Below the pieces are notes generated by a model that saw only the letters and a list, made by a program, of their open reading frames with translations, searched no databases and had not been told where the DNA came from. A stretch of 64,000 bases of DNA from the human T2T-CHM13v2.0 reference genome, Homo sapiens. Positions 1 to 16,064 of the stretch are shown here, in pieces; the first letter of the stretch is position 1, and each line of letters opens with the position of its first letter. Location: the NCBI RefSeq assembly GCF_009914755.1, contig NC_060929.1; one strand, written 5' to 3'. Made by a program: the position numbers and the translations under genes.

Positions 1-2060
1 CAGGCACAAGGCAAAATGTCATCAAAATTTGTTCATACCCTGGGCCAGAAGGGAACCCTCTGCCTTGAAGGGAAGGACCCAGTTCTGCAGGATTCATCAC
101 CTGCTGATTAAAGTGGGCCTTGAATAAACATCAGCGGTAACCAGGCAGTACCTGCCTCCGGCCTTGGGTAAGACTGTGCCATGCCGACTTCAGGTGTGAC
201 CCATCACCTCTCCAGCTGTGGTGGCCACCGGGAGAAACTCCTTCTGCTTGAGGAAAGGGGAGGGAAGAGTAAAGGGGGCTTTGTTTTGCTGCTTGGGTAC
301 CAGCTTGGTCACAGTGAGGTGGAGAACCAAGCAGGTTCCTGGGGTTCTCGATTTCTGGATGGCATTTCCACACCCACCCTATGCCAGAGGGTAGTCCACA
401 GCCCTGAAGGGAGAGACCCAGGCCTGGTAGCATTTACCACAAGCTGATTGAAGAGCTCTTGAGCCTTTTGTGCAGCCAGGCAGTGCTTGCCACAGCTTGG
501 CATGGTGGTGGCCATGAAGAGAGACTCCTCTGCTTGAAGAAAGGAGAGGGAAGAGTGGGAAGGACTTTCTCCTGTGGCTTTGGTGCCAGCTCAGCTGCAG
601 GAGAATAGATAGAGCAGCAAGGAGATTCCTAAGGATCCTGACTGCAGGCCCTGGCCCCTGGACAGCATTTCTGGACCCACCCCGGGCCAAGGGAGTGCTC
701 ACCACCCTGAAGGGAAGGACATAAGCCTGGCCGGATTTGCCACCTGATGAATGAACTTTGAGTGAACATTGGCAGTAGCTAGGCAGTGTTTATTGCGGAC
801 CTTGGGCAAGACCCAGTGCTGTGCTGACACTGGGTCTGACCAAGCACAGTCCCAGTGGTGGTGGCCACAGGAGTGCTTGTGTCACCCCTCCCCCAGCTAC
901 GGGCAACTCAGCATGGAGCGAGGGATCCATTTGTTTGGGGGAAAGTAAAGGATAAGAATAAGAGTCTCTGACTACTAATCCAGGGAATTCTTTTGAATCT
1001 TACCTAAGACCAGCAAGGTGGTACTTCTATGAGTCTGCAAGAACCACAGTGTTACTAGGTTTGGGGTGCCCCCTAATGCAGATATTGCTGCAGTGACCAG
1101 ACAATTAGATCACAATACTTAATTTCCTTTGAACACTTGGAAAGCCTTCCCAAGAAAGACAGGTACAAACAAACCCAGACTGCAAAGACTACAATAAATA
1201 CCAAAGTCTTCAATGCCCAGATATTGAAAAACATCCACAGAATCAAGACCATCCAGGAAAACATGGTCTCACCAAACCAACTAAATTAGGCACCCATGAC
1301 CAATCCTGGAGAGACAGAGACATGTGACCTTTCAGGCAGAATTTAATATAGCTGTTTTGAGAAAGCTCAGTGACATTCAAGATAGCATAGAGAAGGAATT
1401 CAGAATCATATTATATAAATTTAACAAAGAGATTGAAATAATTTAAAAATTCAAGCAGAAATTCTGGAGCTGAAAAGGTCAGTTGTAATGCTGAAGAATG
1501 CATCGGTCTCTCAACAGCAGAACTGATCAAGCAGAAGAAAGAATTAGCAAGCTTAGAGACAGACTATTTGAAAATACACAGTCAGAGGAGACAAAAAAAA
1601 AATTATAAAAATTTGAAGCACACATACAAGATCTAGAAAACAGCCTCCAAAGGGCAAATCTACGACTCACTGGCCTTAAAGAGGAGACAGATCAGGGTAA
1701 AAAGTTTATTCAAAGGGTTAATAACAGAGAGCTTAATTACTTACAAACCTACAAAAATATATCAATATTCAAGTATAAGAAGGTTATAGAACACAAAGCA
1801 GATTTAAACCAAATAAGACTAACTCAAGACACATAATAATCAAATTCTCAAAGTCCAAGGGTAAAGAAAGGATCCCAAAAGCAGGAAGACAAAAGAAACA
1901 ACATGCAAAGGAGCTCCAATACACGTGGCTGCAAACTTCTTAGTTGAAACCTTACAGGCCAGGAGAGAGTGGTATGACATATTTAAAGTGCTGAAGGAAA
2001 AAAAAACTTTTACCCTAGAATAGTATGTCTGGTGAAAATATCTTTCAAACATGAAGGAAA
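1..2060 (+). mobile_element. Old primate L1 (L1PB/L1MA-like) 5' region and decayed ORF1, left part, split by the MER4A provirus
   Basis: ORF1-like sequence from about 1150 (aagaccatccaggaaaacatg...tctttcaaacatgaagg) stops at the LTR start 2061 and resumes at 16510. Subfamily tentative. Confidence 0.8.
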
Positions 2061-2795
2061 TGTGAAAGAAAAATATCTTGTGCCCCTACAATCACTAAGC
2101 TAAAGTGAAAAGTCAAGCTGGGAAACGCTTAGGGCAAACCTGCCTCCCATTCTATTCAAAGTCACCCCTCTACTTACTGAGATAAATGCATATCTGGGCA
2201 GGGGGCGGTGGCTCACGCCTGTAATCCCAGCACTTTGGGAGGCCGAGGCAGGCAGATCACAAGGTCAGGAGATCGAGACTATCCTGGCTAACACGGTGAA
2301 ACCCCGTCTCTACTAAAAATATAAAAAATTAGCCAGGCGTAGTGGCGGCCACCTGTAATCCCAGCTACTCGGGAGGCTGAGGGAGGAGAATGGCATGAAC
2401 CCAGGAGGTGGAGCTTGCAGTGAGCCAAGATCGCTCCACTGCACCCAGCCTCCAGACTCCGTCTCAAAAAAAAAAGCATATCTGATTGCCTCCTTTGGAG
2501 AGGCTAATTAGAAACTCAAAAGAATGCAAACATTTGTCTCTTATCTACCTATGACCTGGTAGCCCCCTTCCAGCTTTCAGTTGTCCTGCCTTTCCAGACC
2601 GAACCAATGTTCATCTCATATATGTTGATTGATGTCTCATGTGTCCCTAAAATGTATAAAACCAGACTATGCTCTGACCAGTTTGGGCGCATGTTGTCAG
2701 GACCTCCTGAGGCTGTGTCATGGGCACGTCATCAACCTCGGCAAAATTAACTTTCTAAATTAACTGAGACTTGTCTTGACTTTTTAGAGTTTGCA
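2061..2795 (+). mobile_element. MER4A-type ERV1 5' LTR, interrupted by an AluY
   Basis: Starts TGTGAAAG, ends ...GCA, followed by PBS-like tggtaaccatgaagggat at 2799; colinear with the LTR at 16065-16509. Confidence 0.85.
2197..2475 (+). mobile_element. AluY inside the 5' MER4A LTR
   Basis: AluY diagnostics (atcctggctaacacggtgaaacccc), A tail, target duplication gcatatctg on both sides. Confidence 0.9.
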
Positions 2796-3798
2796 TTTTG
2801 GTAACCATGAAGGGATTCTGAGTGGAGGTTCCCCTGACTATTGACAAATCCCCTACTGGTGCTTGGTACCAACATGAGCTAACTTTATGGCTCAAACCAA
2901 TAGGATAATTTGCTGAGGTCTGAGAGCACCTGCTCCAGAGAATTCCTGATCTCCCAAAATTTGGTTGAAATCTAAAGTTTATTTTGCTGTACAATTCTTT
3001 TTTTTTTTTCTCTTCCATGGTCATGGAAGGCAGGTAACTCCTTTATGAAGTTTGAGCTCACTTCCAAAGGGGAGATGAGGTTTTCTTTTGGTTTTTTTGT
3101 TTGTTTGTTTGTTTGTTTTTCCTGCTTCTAGGATGGTAGAGAGAGTCTTCAGCCTGAAATCCATCCCTCGGTAAGTAACCGAATTGAGGTTTGTCTTGGA
3201 TAAAGCTAAGATTAACAACCAGCTGGTCTTAATTTCTCCTTACCATTAGAACACTCAGTAATCATGTAAGTTGTGCAATCATTTGTTTTGCTTAACATTT
3301 TTTCTTATTGTTGTTTGTTTCTGTTTCTGTTGTTGTTTCGGTCTTTTTCCCATTGGGTTTGATCAACTCTATCCAACCAGATCAAACCCAAAGGAAGTTC
3401 CAAATTATGAGGAAAGAGGCCTCTGAGGTGGCTAAATTCCCAAACACACACAAAAAAGGATAGTGTGGTGGGAGTAGAAAAATGGCCAGCAAAAGGATAA
3501 AAAGAGAGGAAAAAAATTTTTATTTTGACTGCTAAGGGGCTTTATTTACATAACAAGGCCATCTGTTTGCTAGCCAGGCCAAACTGAAGAGCAATGGCTG
3601 TACATCTGACATAGCAGCAATTTGTTCTAGCTGAAATATGGTAATGAGATTAAAAAACATCTTTTCGAAGGAGCTCAATGGTTAAAAGCTTAATTAAAAG
3701 CAAACATCCAAGGTGTGTGTGTGTGTGTGTGCACATATTTGTGTGTTTGTATTTAAAAGGCCTTCATGTTTTGTTTTTGTTTTTCTCCTAGGACCTCA

Positions 3799-3800
<2 letters not shown>

Positions 3801-3841
<41 letters not shown>
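3801..3841. repeat. Poly(T) tract, 41 nt
   Basis: Uninterrupted T run read directly from the sequence. Confidence 0.95.
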
Positions 3842-3844
<3 letters not shown>

Positions 3845-3874
3845 CAAAAGTTTTTCTTTCTCAGTTGACTGGAC

Positions 3875-4120
<246 letters not shown>

Positions 4121-4240
4121 CGTCCTGACCTGGAGATCCACCCTGACCTGGTGATCCACCTGCCTGACCTGGAGCGCCTGACCTGGTGATCCGCTTTTGC
4201 TGTGCAGAAGCTCTTTACTTTAATCAGATTCCATTTGTCA

Positions 4241-5045
<805 letters not shown>

Positions 5046-6228
5046 GTTTTTTGTAAATCTGTGAAGAAAGTCAATGGTAGTTTGATGGGGATAGCATTGA
5101 ATCTATACATTACTTTGGGCAGTATGGCCACTTTCATGATATTGATTCTTCCTATCCATGAGCATGGAATGTTTTTCCATTTGTTTATATCCTCTCTTAT
5201 TTCCTTGAGCAGTGATTTGTAGTTCTCCTTTAAGAGGTCCTTTACAACCATGGTAAGTTGTATTCCTAGGTATTTTATTCTCTTTGTAGCAATTGTGAAT
5301 GGAAATTTACTCATGATTCGGCTCTCTATTATTGGTGTATAGGAATGCTTGTAATTTTTGCACATGGATTTTGTATCCTGAGACTTTGCCAAACTTGCTT
5401 ACAGCTTAATAAGTTTTCGGGCTGAGACAATGGGGTTTTCTAAATATACAATTATGTCAGCTGCAAACAGAGATAATTTGACTTCCTCTCTTCCTACTTG
5501 AAAACTCTTTATTTCTTTCTCTTGCCTGATTGCCCTGGCCAGAACTCCCAATATTATGTTGAATATGAGTGGCAAGAGAGGGCATCTTTATCTTGTGCTG
5601 GTTTTCAAAGGGAATGCTTCCAGCTTTTGCCCATTCAGTATGATATTGGCTGTGGGTTTGTCAAATAGCTCTTATTATTTTGAGATATGTTCCATCAATA
5701 CCTAGTTTATTGAGAGTTTTTATCATAAAGGGGAGTTGAATTTTATCAAAGGCCTTTTCTGCATCTATTGAGACAATCATGTGGTTTTTGTCATTGGTTC
5801 TGTTTATGTGATGGATTATGTTTATTGATTTGCATATGTTGAACCAGCCTTGCATCCCAGGGATGAAGCTGATTTGGTCATGGTAGATAAGCTTTTTCAA
5901 GTGCTGCTGGAATCAATTTGCCAGTATTTTATTGAGGATTTTTGCATTGATGTTCATCAGGGATATTGACCTGAAATTTTCTTTTTTTGTTGTGTCTCTG
6001 CCAAGTTTTTGTATCAGGATGATGCTGGCCTCATAAAATGAGTTATGAGGAATCCCTCTTTTTCCATTGTTTGGAATAGTTTCAGAAGGAATGGTACCAG
6101 CTCCTCTATGTACCTCTGGTAGAATTCGGCTGTGAATCCACCTGGCCCTGGGCTTTTTTGGTTGGTAGGATATTAATTACTTCCTCAATTTCAGAACTTG
6201 TTATTTGTCCATTCAGGGATTCAATTTA

Positions 6229-6318
<90 letters not shown>

Positions 6319-6684
6319 TTATTCTTTAATGGTAGTTTGTATTTCTGTGGGATCAGTGGTGATATCCCCTTTAACATTTTTTATTGTGTCTGTTTGATTC
6401 TTCTCTCTTTCCTTCTTTATTAGTCTGGCTAGTGGTCTATCAATTTTGTTGATCTTTTCAAAAACCAGCTCCTGGATTCATTGATTTTTTGAAGCGTTTT
6501 TTGTGTCTCTATCTTCTTCAGTTCTGCTCTGCTCTTAGTTATTTCTTGTCTTCTGCTAGCTTTTGAATTTGTTTGCTCTTGCTTCTCTAGTTCTTTTAAT
6601 TGTGATGTTAGGGTGTCAATTTTAGATCTTTCCCACTTTCTGATGTGGGCATTTAGTGGTATAAATTTCCCTCTAAACACTGCT

Positions 6685-7566
6685 TTAGCTGTGTCCCAGA
6701 GATTCTGTATGTAGTGTCTTTGTTCTCATTGGTTTCAAAGAATTAATTTTTTCTGCCTTAATTTTGTTATTTACCCAGTAGTCATTCAGCAGCAGGTTGT
6801 TCAGTTTCCATGTAATTGTGCAGTTTTGAGTGAGTTTCTTAATCCTGAGTTCTAATTTGATTGCACTGTTGTCTGAGAGGCTGTTTGTTATAATTTCCAT
6901 TCTTTTGCATTTGCTGAGGAGTGTTTTGCTTCCAATTATGTGGTCAATCTTAGAATAAGTGCCATGTGGTTCTGAGAAGAATGTATATTCTGTTGATTTG
7001 GGGTGGAGAGTTCTGTAGAAGTCTATTAGGTCTGCTTGGTCCAGAGCTGAGTTCAAGTCCTGAATATCCTTGTTAATTTTCTGTCTCATTGATCTGTCTA
7101 ATATTGGTAGTAGGGTGTTAAAGTCTCCCATTATTATTGTGTGAGAGTCTAAGTCTCTTTGTAGGTCTCTAAGAACTTGCTTTATGAATCTGGGTGCTCC
7201 TGTATCGGGTGCATATATATTTAGAACGGTTAGCTCTTCTTGTTGAATTGATCCCTTTACCATGATGTAATGGCCTTTGTCTTTTTTGATCTTTGTTGGT
7301 TTAAATTCTGTTTTATCAATGACTAGTATTGTAACCTCTGCTTTTTTTTTTTTTTTTTTTTGCTTTCCATTTGCTTGGTAAATATTGTTCCATCCCTTTA
7401 TTTTTAGCCTAAGTGTGTCTTTGTACGTGAGATGCATCTCCTGAATGCAGCATACCAATGGATCTTGACTCTTTTTCCAATTTGCCAGTCTGTGCCTTTT
7501 AATTGGGGCATATATCCCTTTTACATTTAAGGTTAATATTGTTATGTGTGAATTTGATCCTGTCAC
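6685..7566 (-). pseudogene. L1 ORF2p APE-like endonuclease domain remnant (293 aa open)
   Basis: LNV, QE, IYAP and GDFN motifs are present; the catalytic SDH reads SDN; the frame is lost downstream. Confidence 0.85.
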
Positions 7567-8390
7567 TATGCTAGCTGGTTATTTTGCCCATTAGTTGATG
7601 CAGTTTCTTCATAGTTTTGATGGTCTTTACATTTTGCTATGTTTTTGCAGTGGCTGGTACTGGTTTTTCCTTTCCATATTTGGTGCTTCCTTCAGGAGCT
7701 CTTGTAAGGCAGGCCTGGTGGTAACAAAATCCCTCAGCATTTGCTTGTCTGTAAAGGATTTCATTTCTCCTTCACTTATGAAGCTTAGTTTGGCTGGATA
7801 TGAAATTCTGGGTTGAAAATTCTTTTCTTTAAGAATGTTGAATATTGGTCCCCACTTTCTTCTGGCTAGTAGGGTTTCTGCAAAGAAATTTGCTACTAGT
7901 CTGATGGGCTTCCCTTTTATGGGTAACCTGACCTTTCTCTCTGGCTGCCCTTAACATTTTTTCCATCATTTCAACCTTGGTGAATTTGATGATTATGTGT
8001 CTTTGGGTTGCTCTTCTTGAGAATTATTTTTGTGGTGTTCTCTATGTTTCCTGAATTTGAATGTTGGCCTGTCTTGCAATCCTGAAGATTGTTTTCCAAC
8101 TTGGTTCCATTCTCCCCGTCACTTTCAGGTACACCAAACAAATGTAGGTTTGGTTTTCTTCACATAGTCCCATATTTCTTGGAGGCTTTGTTCATTCTTT
8201 TTCATTTTTTTTCTCTAATCTTGTCTTCATGCTATATTTCATTAAGTTGATCTTCAATCTCTGATATCTTTTCCTCCACTTGATCAATGTGGCTACTGAT
8301 ACTTGTGTATGCTTCACAAAGTTCTCATGCTGTGTTTTTCAGCTCTATTTGGTCATTTCTGTTTTTCTCTAAACTGGTTATTATCATTAG

Positions 8391-9014
8391 TGTTGGGGTG
8401 ATCAGACCCAACACCAGGCCGTGGGGGCTACAAAATCCAGCAGAGTCAAGGGAATAAGACAAGACAAGTTAAGAGTACATAAAGTGTGTTCAGGGGGCCA
8501 ATGCTAGTATGGAGGCTGCAAAGGCCCCGAGCTCTGGAAGCCCACACTATTTATTGGTGACCAAATAAAGAAGCAGGTGGTAAGTACGTGCAGATGTGGG
8601 GGTAAACAGGTGAGAATGTGAGGACTTGGGGGTAGAAAGGTAGCAGTGCATCAAGTGTAGCTGTTATGGTTTAGCATTTTCATTGATGCATATGTAATAT
8701 GCTCTGCTACCTGAGATAATGGAGAACATGTTTACAAGCCTGGGGGAGCAAGAAGCAAGGAACCAACAAGTCTTTGCACATTCCAGAGGCCACAAGGGGT
8801 TTTATGCCCTGAGCCTTGGATTCCATCCACGCCACAAGGGGTTGTATTCCCTGTGCTTAGATTGTGGTGCAGCAGGGCAGCCTTCCACCCTTTGGCACAG
8901 AGCTTGGTGTTCCAAAGGCCACGAGGGGGTTTAGACCCTGGACCCAGGACATGTTCCAAGACTCTTTTACATAATGACAGACAAGCCCGTCTTGCATCAG
9001 CTCTTCTACCAACA
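8391..9014 (-). mobile_element. Solo LTR of the LTR14 (HERV-K-related) family inserted in L1 ORF1
   Basis: TGTTG...CAACA termini, near-duplicated flanks attag/gttag, L1 ORF1 continues on both sides. Family recalled from consensus. Confidence 0.75.
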
Positions 9015-11450
9015 GTTAGCAATTCCTCTAACCTTTTTTAAGGTTCTTAGCTTCCTTGCATTGGGTTAGAACATGCTCCTTTAGCTTGGAGGAGTCTGTT
9101 ATTACCCATCTTCTGAAGCCTACTTCTGTCAATTCATCAAATCCATTCTCTGTCCAGTTTTGTTGCCTTGCTGGTAAGGAGTTGTGATCCTTTGGAGGAG
9201 AAGAGGCATTCTGGTTTTTGGAACTTTCAGCATTTTTGCGCTGGTTTTTCCTCATCTTCATGGATTTATCTACCTTTGGTCTTCGATGTGGTTTCTGAGT
9301 GGACGTCCCTTTTTGTTGATGTTGATGCTATTCCTTTCTGTTTGTTAGTTTTCCTTCTAACAGTCATGCCCCTCTGCTGTAGGTCTGCTGGCACTTGCTG
9401 GAGGTCCACTCCAGACCCTGTTTGCTTGGGTATCACCAGCAGAGGCTGCAGAACGGCAATGATTGCTGCCTATTCCTTCCTCTGGAAGCTTCATCCCAGA
9501 CGGGCACCTGCCCAATGCCAGCTGGAACTCTCCTGTATGAGGTGTCTGTCGACCCCTGCTAGGAGGAGTCTCCCAGTCAGGAGGCAGGGGGGTCAGGGGC
9601 CCACTTGAGGTGGCAGTCTGTCCCTTAGCAGAGCTTGAGCTCTGTGCTGGGAGATCCGTTGCTCTCTTCAGAGCTGGCAGGCAAGAATGGTTGAGTCTGC
9701 TGAAGCTGTGCCCACAGCCACCCCTTCCACCAGGTGCTCTGTCCTAGGGAGATGGCAGTTTTATCTATAAGCCCCTGACTGTGGCTGCTGCCTTTCTTTC
9801 ACAGATGCCCTTCCCAGAACAGAGGAATCTAGAGAGGCAGACTGGCTACAGCAGCTTTGCCAAGCTGCAGTGGGCTCCAAGTAGTTTGAACTTCCCAGCG
9901 GCTTTCTTTACACTGTGAGGTAAAAACCACCTACTCAAGCCTTAGTAATGGCGGACACCCCTCTCTCCACCAAGCTCAAGTGTCCAAGGTCGACTTCAGA
10001 CTGCTGTGCTGGCAGTGAGAATTTCAAGCCGATGGATCTTAGCTTGCTGGACTCCGTAGTGGTGGGATCTGCTGAGCTAGACTACTTGGCTCCCTGGTTT
10101 CAGCCCTCTTTCCAGGGGATGAACAGTTCTGTCTTGCTGGCATTTCAGGTGCCACTGTGGCATGAAAAAAAAAAAAAACTTCTACAGCTAGCTTGGTGTC
10201 TGCCCAAACAGCCACCCAGTTTTGTGCTTGAAACCCAGGGCCCTGGTGGCGTAGGTCCCCAAAGGAATTTCCTGGTCTGCAGGCTGTGAAGACTATGGGA
10301 AAAGTGTAGTGTCTGGGCCAGAGTGCACCATTCCTCAAGGCCCAGTCCCTCACAGCTTCCCTTGGCTAGGGGAGGGAGTTCCCTGACCCCTTGTGCTTCC
10401 CGGGTGAGGTGACGCCCCACTCTTCTTCAGCTCGCCCTCTGTGGGCTGCACACACTGTCTAACCAGTCCCATTGAGATGAGCTGGGTACCTCAGTTGGAA
10501 ATCCAGAAATCACCCACCTTCTGCATTGATTTCACTGGGAGCTACAGACTGGAGGTGTTTCTATTTGGTCATCTTGCCCGCAAACCCCTGCTTACTTTTG
10601 TATTGTGTTACTTACTTTTTTGTTTGTTCTTGCTAAAATAGTTATTGCAACAGGGGTTACTCTTGGATTTTTAAGAAAAGGTGTAGTTTATAGTTTAGAC
10701 ACTTAGAAATGACTTCGTTTTTAAAAAAACTTTTTTAAGTGCACTGTAAAAGCATCGTGTGGTCTAACCTCAAAATTATTCTCCCTTTTTGGTGACCCAG
10801 GATTCAGTGTGGGCTCTGCCCAGAGCTCAGAGACACAGTTAAAATATAAGTAGTCCCTATCTAAATAAAATTGGTCTTTTTATACAATCCTATGATAGAT
10901 TTGTATATTTTATATTTGATTTGGCATCCATCTTTAATCCCTCTCTAGCACCACTAGACTTTTTCTCCTTATGATGTAAATGTTACCATTTGATTTTCAC
11001 TTGAGTTGTTTCCTTTAATATGGAAATTTAAGGCTATTTAGCTGACAACTGCCTAGGATTGGGAAACAGCTTATCAAGAATCTGAAATATAGGGAAAAAA
11101 AGAATTTTATAAATGTATAGGATGTAGTTCTATTGGCATGCCAAATACATCTATGTATTTATGCATTGTGTACACAATGTTTTACTACTGAAAATGTGTA
11201 AAAGAGCTCTAATTAATTGGCTTAAAATAAAAGCACTTGAATGAAATGCTTTATCGGGAAAAAAGACTAATCAAATGCTTTTTCACATTTACGTAACTTA
11301 AGTAAAATTTGTAATAAATAAGCTTAGGAAAATAAAAGCACTTGAATCAAATGCTTTATCAGAAAAGAAAAAGACTAGTCAAATGCTTTTACACATTTAC
11401 GTAACTTAAGTAAAATTTGTAATAAATAATCTAGCTTTAAAATTATTGGT

Positions 11451-11743
<293 letters not shown>

Positions 11744-13287
11744 ATTATTGGTAAAGGAATATTGGAAACATCTTAAGAATGGCCAGCATACATTTTTGTT
11801 TGCATTTATTAATCAAGCAATTTCATACTTATTCCTGCCAATTACTATAAGGTGTCAAAATTTGGCATAGGGGTTACAAAACTATAAACCCAGCCCAAGA
11901 CAGAATGATCTTTGCTTGTGTAATCTTTAATAAATAAGACATTGATATCAGTTTAATAAAAACAGCTACATCTGGAATTTAGTAAGATTACCATAACTTC
12001 TAATCCTGTGGCTTTAGGTGGTCTAGTCCATCAGCAGTAAGGGTTGTTTTGGGAAAGGACTGTTATCATCTTTGTTTCAAAGCTAAATTATAAACTAAGT
12101 TCCTGCCATAGTTAGTTTGGCCTATGCCCAGGAATGAACAAGGACAGCTTGGAGGTTAGAAGCAAGATGGAGTCAGTTAGGTCAAATCTTTTTCACTGTC
12201 TCATTTATAATTTTTGCAATGGTGGTTCGATAATTTTAAATAATGACAATCACAGTTTTTATAAACAATCTAGGTAAATGATTAAAATAAAATAATTAGG
12301 TAAAGGTAATAAAATAAATACTTGTAGACAAACTCATCATAATTTAGACTCTGAAAATTATATTAAATTAAATAATAGATAGTTCCTTATATGGGTATTT
12401 TCCAATACAAATATATTTGTAGGAAAACATTCTTTCTAAAAAAAAAAAAAAAGGTGTGTCCTATTAAAAAAGGTAAACAATTTTTTTCTAATTCAAAGCT
12501 TATTTAAAGGTCATATATAAAACAAGGTAAAAGGAACCAGGTAATAAAAGAGATGTAAAGAAAGTTATAAAAATTAAGAGGTTTTTTTTTGGTAAGAGAG
12601 CTTAAAGAGAAATAATTTCACATGAGAAAGAATATTATATGGTAAATTTAGTCCTAGCATAAAATAACTAGTTGTTTTAGAATGAGGGATGGTCAGGACA
12701 AACCAGAATGTCCTATCATGTTGTGAATAGTCTGTGTAAGTCACAATAAGAGGATTAATTTTTAAAAACCAAAAACTTTCACATGATCAAGTTGTCTATG
12801 ATTAAAGGGAAATTATAATGGTCTTTCTAGAGATTGGGTTTGATGTAAAGAAAAACACTAAGGAATTGGTTAGAACAATGACATTTTCTTAAGGGGTTGA
12901 TTTACTGTTAATGAATTATAAGAGATTCTAATTTTTTTTATTTTAACCCAAAGTTCAACTTTTATTGCATCTCACCAGTTTTGGTTTTCTCTCCCCTTTT
13001 GAAAGGTGTGAAATAGTAACTCTCCCCTTCAACTTATTTTCAGCTTAGATAAGTTTTTTTTCCTCCTTGGGTTCTGTTTTTGTGGCCTGATGCTAACAAT
13101 GCTTTCTTAAAGGTCTAAAGCAATGTTTTCTTCCAACATAATATTCTGTGCACTGCAGAAAGTCTTTTCTTTTGCCTGTTTGTAACTGGTCAAACAGATT
13201 TTATGTTTTATCAAAATAATTTCTATGCCATTATTACTAAGGTTGGTTTGCTCAGGAAAAACTGAGATTATTATTATTATATTTTTG

Positions 13288-13600
13288 GGCTGGGCATGGG
13301 GTTCATGCCTCTAATCCCAGCACTTTGGGAGGCTGAGGTGGGCAGATCACTTGAGGTCAGGATATCGAGACCAGCCTGGCAAACATGGTGAAGCACTGTC
13401 TCTATAAAAATACAAAAATTAGCCTGGCATGATAGCAGTTGCCTGCAATCCCAGCTACTTGGCAGGTTGAGACAGGAGAATCGCTTGACCCAGGAGGCGG
13501 AGGTTACAGTGAGCCATGCCATTGCCATGCATGCCATTGCACTCCAGCCTGGGTGACAGAGTGAGATACTGTCTCAAATAAATTAATTAATTAATTAAAT
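13288..13600 (+). mobile_element. AluS with a (TAAT)n-derived tail
   Basis: Dimeric Alu sequence. Confidence 0.9.
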
Positions 13601-16064
13601 TTTAAAATTAAGGCTGTATCTTCCTGTATGTGATTTTAAAGTGCTTGTGACATTGAGTTACAGGGCTTTGACCCCTGGGTTTAAAAAGAACACCAAGTCC
13701 TGCTAAATTTTAAACATTGACAATTAAAGCCTCAACTTCAGGCCCAGTAGAAGATGTCAATCAAGATAAACTGCATTCCTGAGACATAGGGCCAGAAACT
13801 AAAGCTATTCGACTCCTCAAGGCCCAGGGACTATTGTGGAAGAGGTGGGCATATGAGATTGTAAGGGTCAATTTTGAGAGATAAAGTTCAGTTTCTCTAT
13901 AAATTAGTAATTAATGTCAAAGGCACACTGATGCAAGACCAGCATATGGGACCCTGTGTCAGATTAACAAGGTTTTCTTGAAGCATTAACCAACTCCTTA
14001 ATAAAGGTTATAAGGACTTATAAAACTTATAATCAAGAGGAAAATTTTACAGATTGTTTATAAAATTTTGGAAAACAAATTTAATTGGCTTCATGCTGTT
14101 TCTATTAGGCCTTATTGTTTGGAAAATTAAGTCTCCTCTCTCAATGAATGAAGGTTTTTGCTTTTTTTAAAAAAAAAAAAATCCTTATCATTTTGGTTAA
14201 ATGAATGACTTATTTTACAATGACCTGTGATCCTATTTTGTAATATCAAGTGTCTAAACCTTTCATATTTGACAAACTTTTCAAAATCAACTTATAAATT
14301 ATGTCTTTTTCTAACCTATTTAATCCTTTAAGATATTATTAATAGGTTTCCTAAAGTCAAAAAATGACATATTTGGCTACTTTGCTATAAAAATTATACA
14401 GGAAGCATTGTCAAATATAAAATGATGTTTAGTTTTCTTTGGGCTATATTTGTATAAATATGTTACTGGTATATGTTCCAAAATTATGGGAAACTCGTAT
14501 AATTCTGATATGACAATGTATGTTATCAGTAATAATTATAATTGTTATGTAAAATTATTGTGTGCCACAGAGGTAACAAATTTCCTTGTCAATTGTGTCT
14601 TTGACTATAGCTGTCATAAAACTTTTGTCATCCACGAGCAATTGTTGTCTCGTTTTGGTCCTTTTTAGAAGGTAGTTTTATAATCTGCTACAAAACTCTA
14701 ACAGGTTTCCTAATGTAGGTTTCTGATAACTTTGGAAACTGTCACATCAGAATAGAGAAAAAACTCTCAGGACTCATGGAGAGCTGAAATGTTCATGACT
14801 TATCAAGCAGAATAGGAAGTAACTGTATGGACTAAACTAATAGAAGTCTGAAGTAATCTTTTTAACTTTTTGCTTAAAATGTTACTGATCCTCTGTTTTG
14901 TTTTTCAGAGTCAAGAAAATTTTTCTTTTAAGCTATTTATAGCTTTGAACAATTGAGTAAATTACACTCCTATGAACAAAATTTGGAACATTTTTGTTTC
15001 TCTCTACCTGACTTCCCCAGAATTTGGAAACTAGTTGTAAGTATTCTTAACTTATGACAATACAGTTATTTGCATAAGTGTAATAAAAATCTGTTTTCAT
15101 TTATAACAGGACACAATTAGAGAAACTGGTTATTTTACTAAGGCTTTAACTGGAATGCTTTTCTTTAAGCAATCAAACTTAACTTACGGAGCCAAGAAAA
15201 GCCCCTTGGAAAAAATGGCTTCATACCTTTGTCTACACAGTCCCTGTACAGGGTTCCTGATCTGTGGCAAGTAAAAATGTCAGTTTCTGGCAGGTCCAGG
15301 AGCCCCAAGTTTATCTTGGAATCTCAAGGGGAGAGGATCACCCAACTCATAGGTATTTGATGACACAAATCCATAGCTGGGCTCAGCTCTTAAAAGTCTT
15401 ATCTGGGATACAAATAATTAGGCCAAGCATAATAAAACAAACCAGTCCTACCAGAATTTGTCTTTAGTAAAAATGGGGAATTGGGGAGAGAAAAACTATC
15501 TTTCAAAAATTATAGTACACCTATTGTTAGATTCTAGTCTTGCCTAATGTTTTTCAATTTTTATTATTTTCCACAATTTGGACCAAATTCTAATTTTTCT
15601 TGGCTACAAGTCTTCAAAATAATGTTTTCCATTTTTTCTTCTTTTTTTCCTCATTTTTCCTAATTTGGAGTCACTGAAAACTAAGCTGTGCTTTCATAAA
15701 GCCCTGCAAACTGAAGCTAGACAACTTAAACCTCAGAAGAAAATAACAGCAACCTATTTACATACATAAGCCACTTTCATACCTACCTAATGATGTATGT
15801 ACTTCAGAATAATGTGGCCTAATAGATTTTCTAGGGTTGTTCTTTGTTTGTTGTTGTTTTTCTCCCTTCCTCACCCTATTTTCTCTTCACAGGACATGAA
15901 ACTTCACAAACTTCTAAAAATGAGCTTTCCTAATAACTCAGAACTGACCTGTCTATGAATAAGCCATCCTAGCTATGAGAGATCAGAGAAAACTTGAGGC
16001 CAGAGACTCAATTTCTTCTCAAATGCTTTCTCCAAAAGAGTTTAAAAAAGAAAAGGGGGAGAAA

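Noticed and set aside
6685-7566. 293-aa L1 endonuclease ORF as a functional or domesticated gene
   Set aside because: The catalytic His of SDH is Asn, a poly-Lys insertion comes from T-tract slippage, ORF1 is interrupted and the rest of ORF2 is fragmented.
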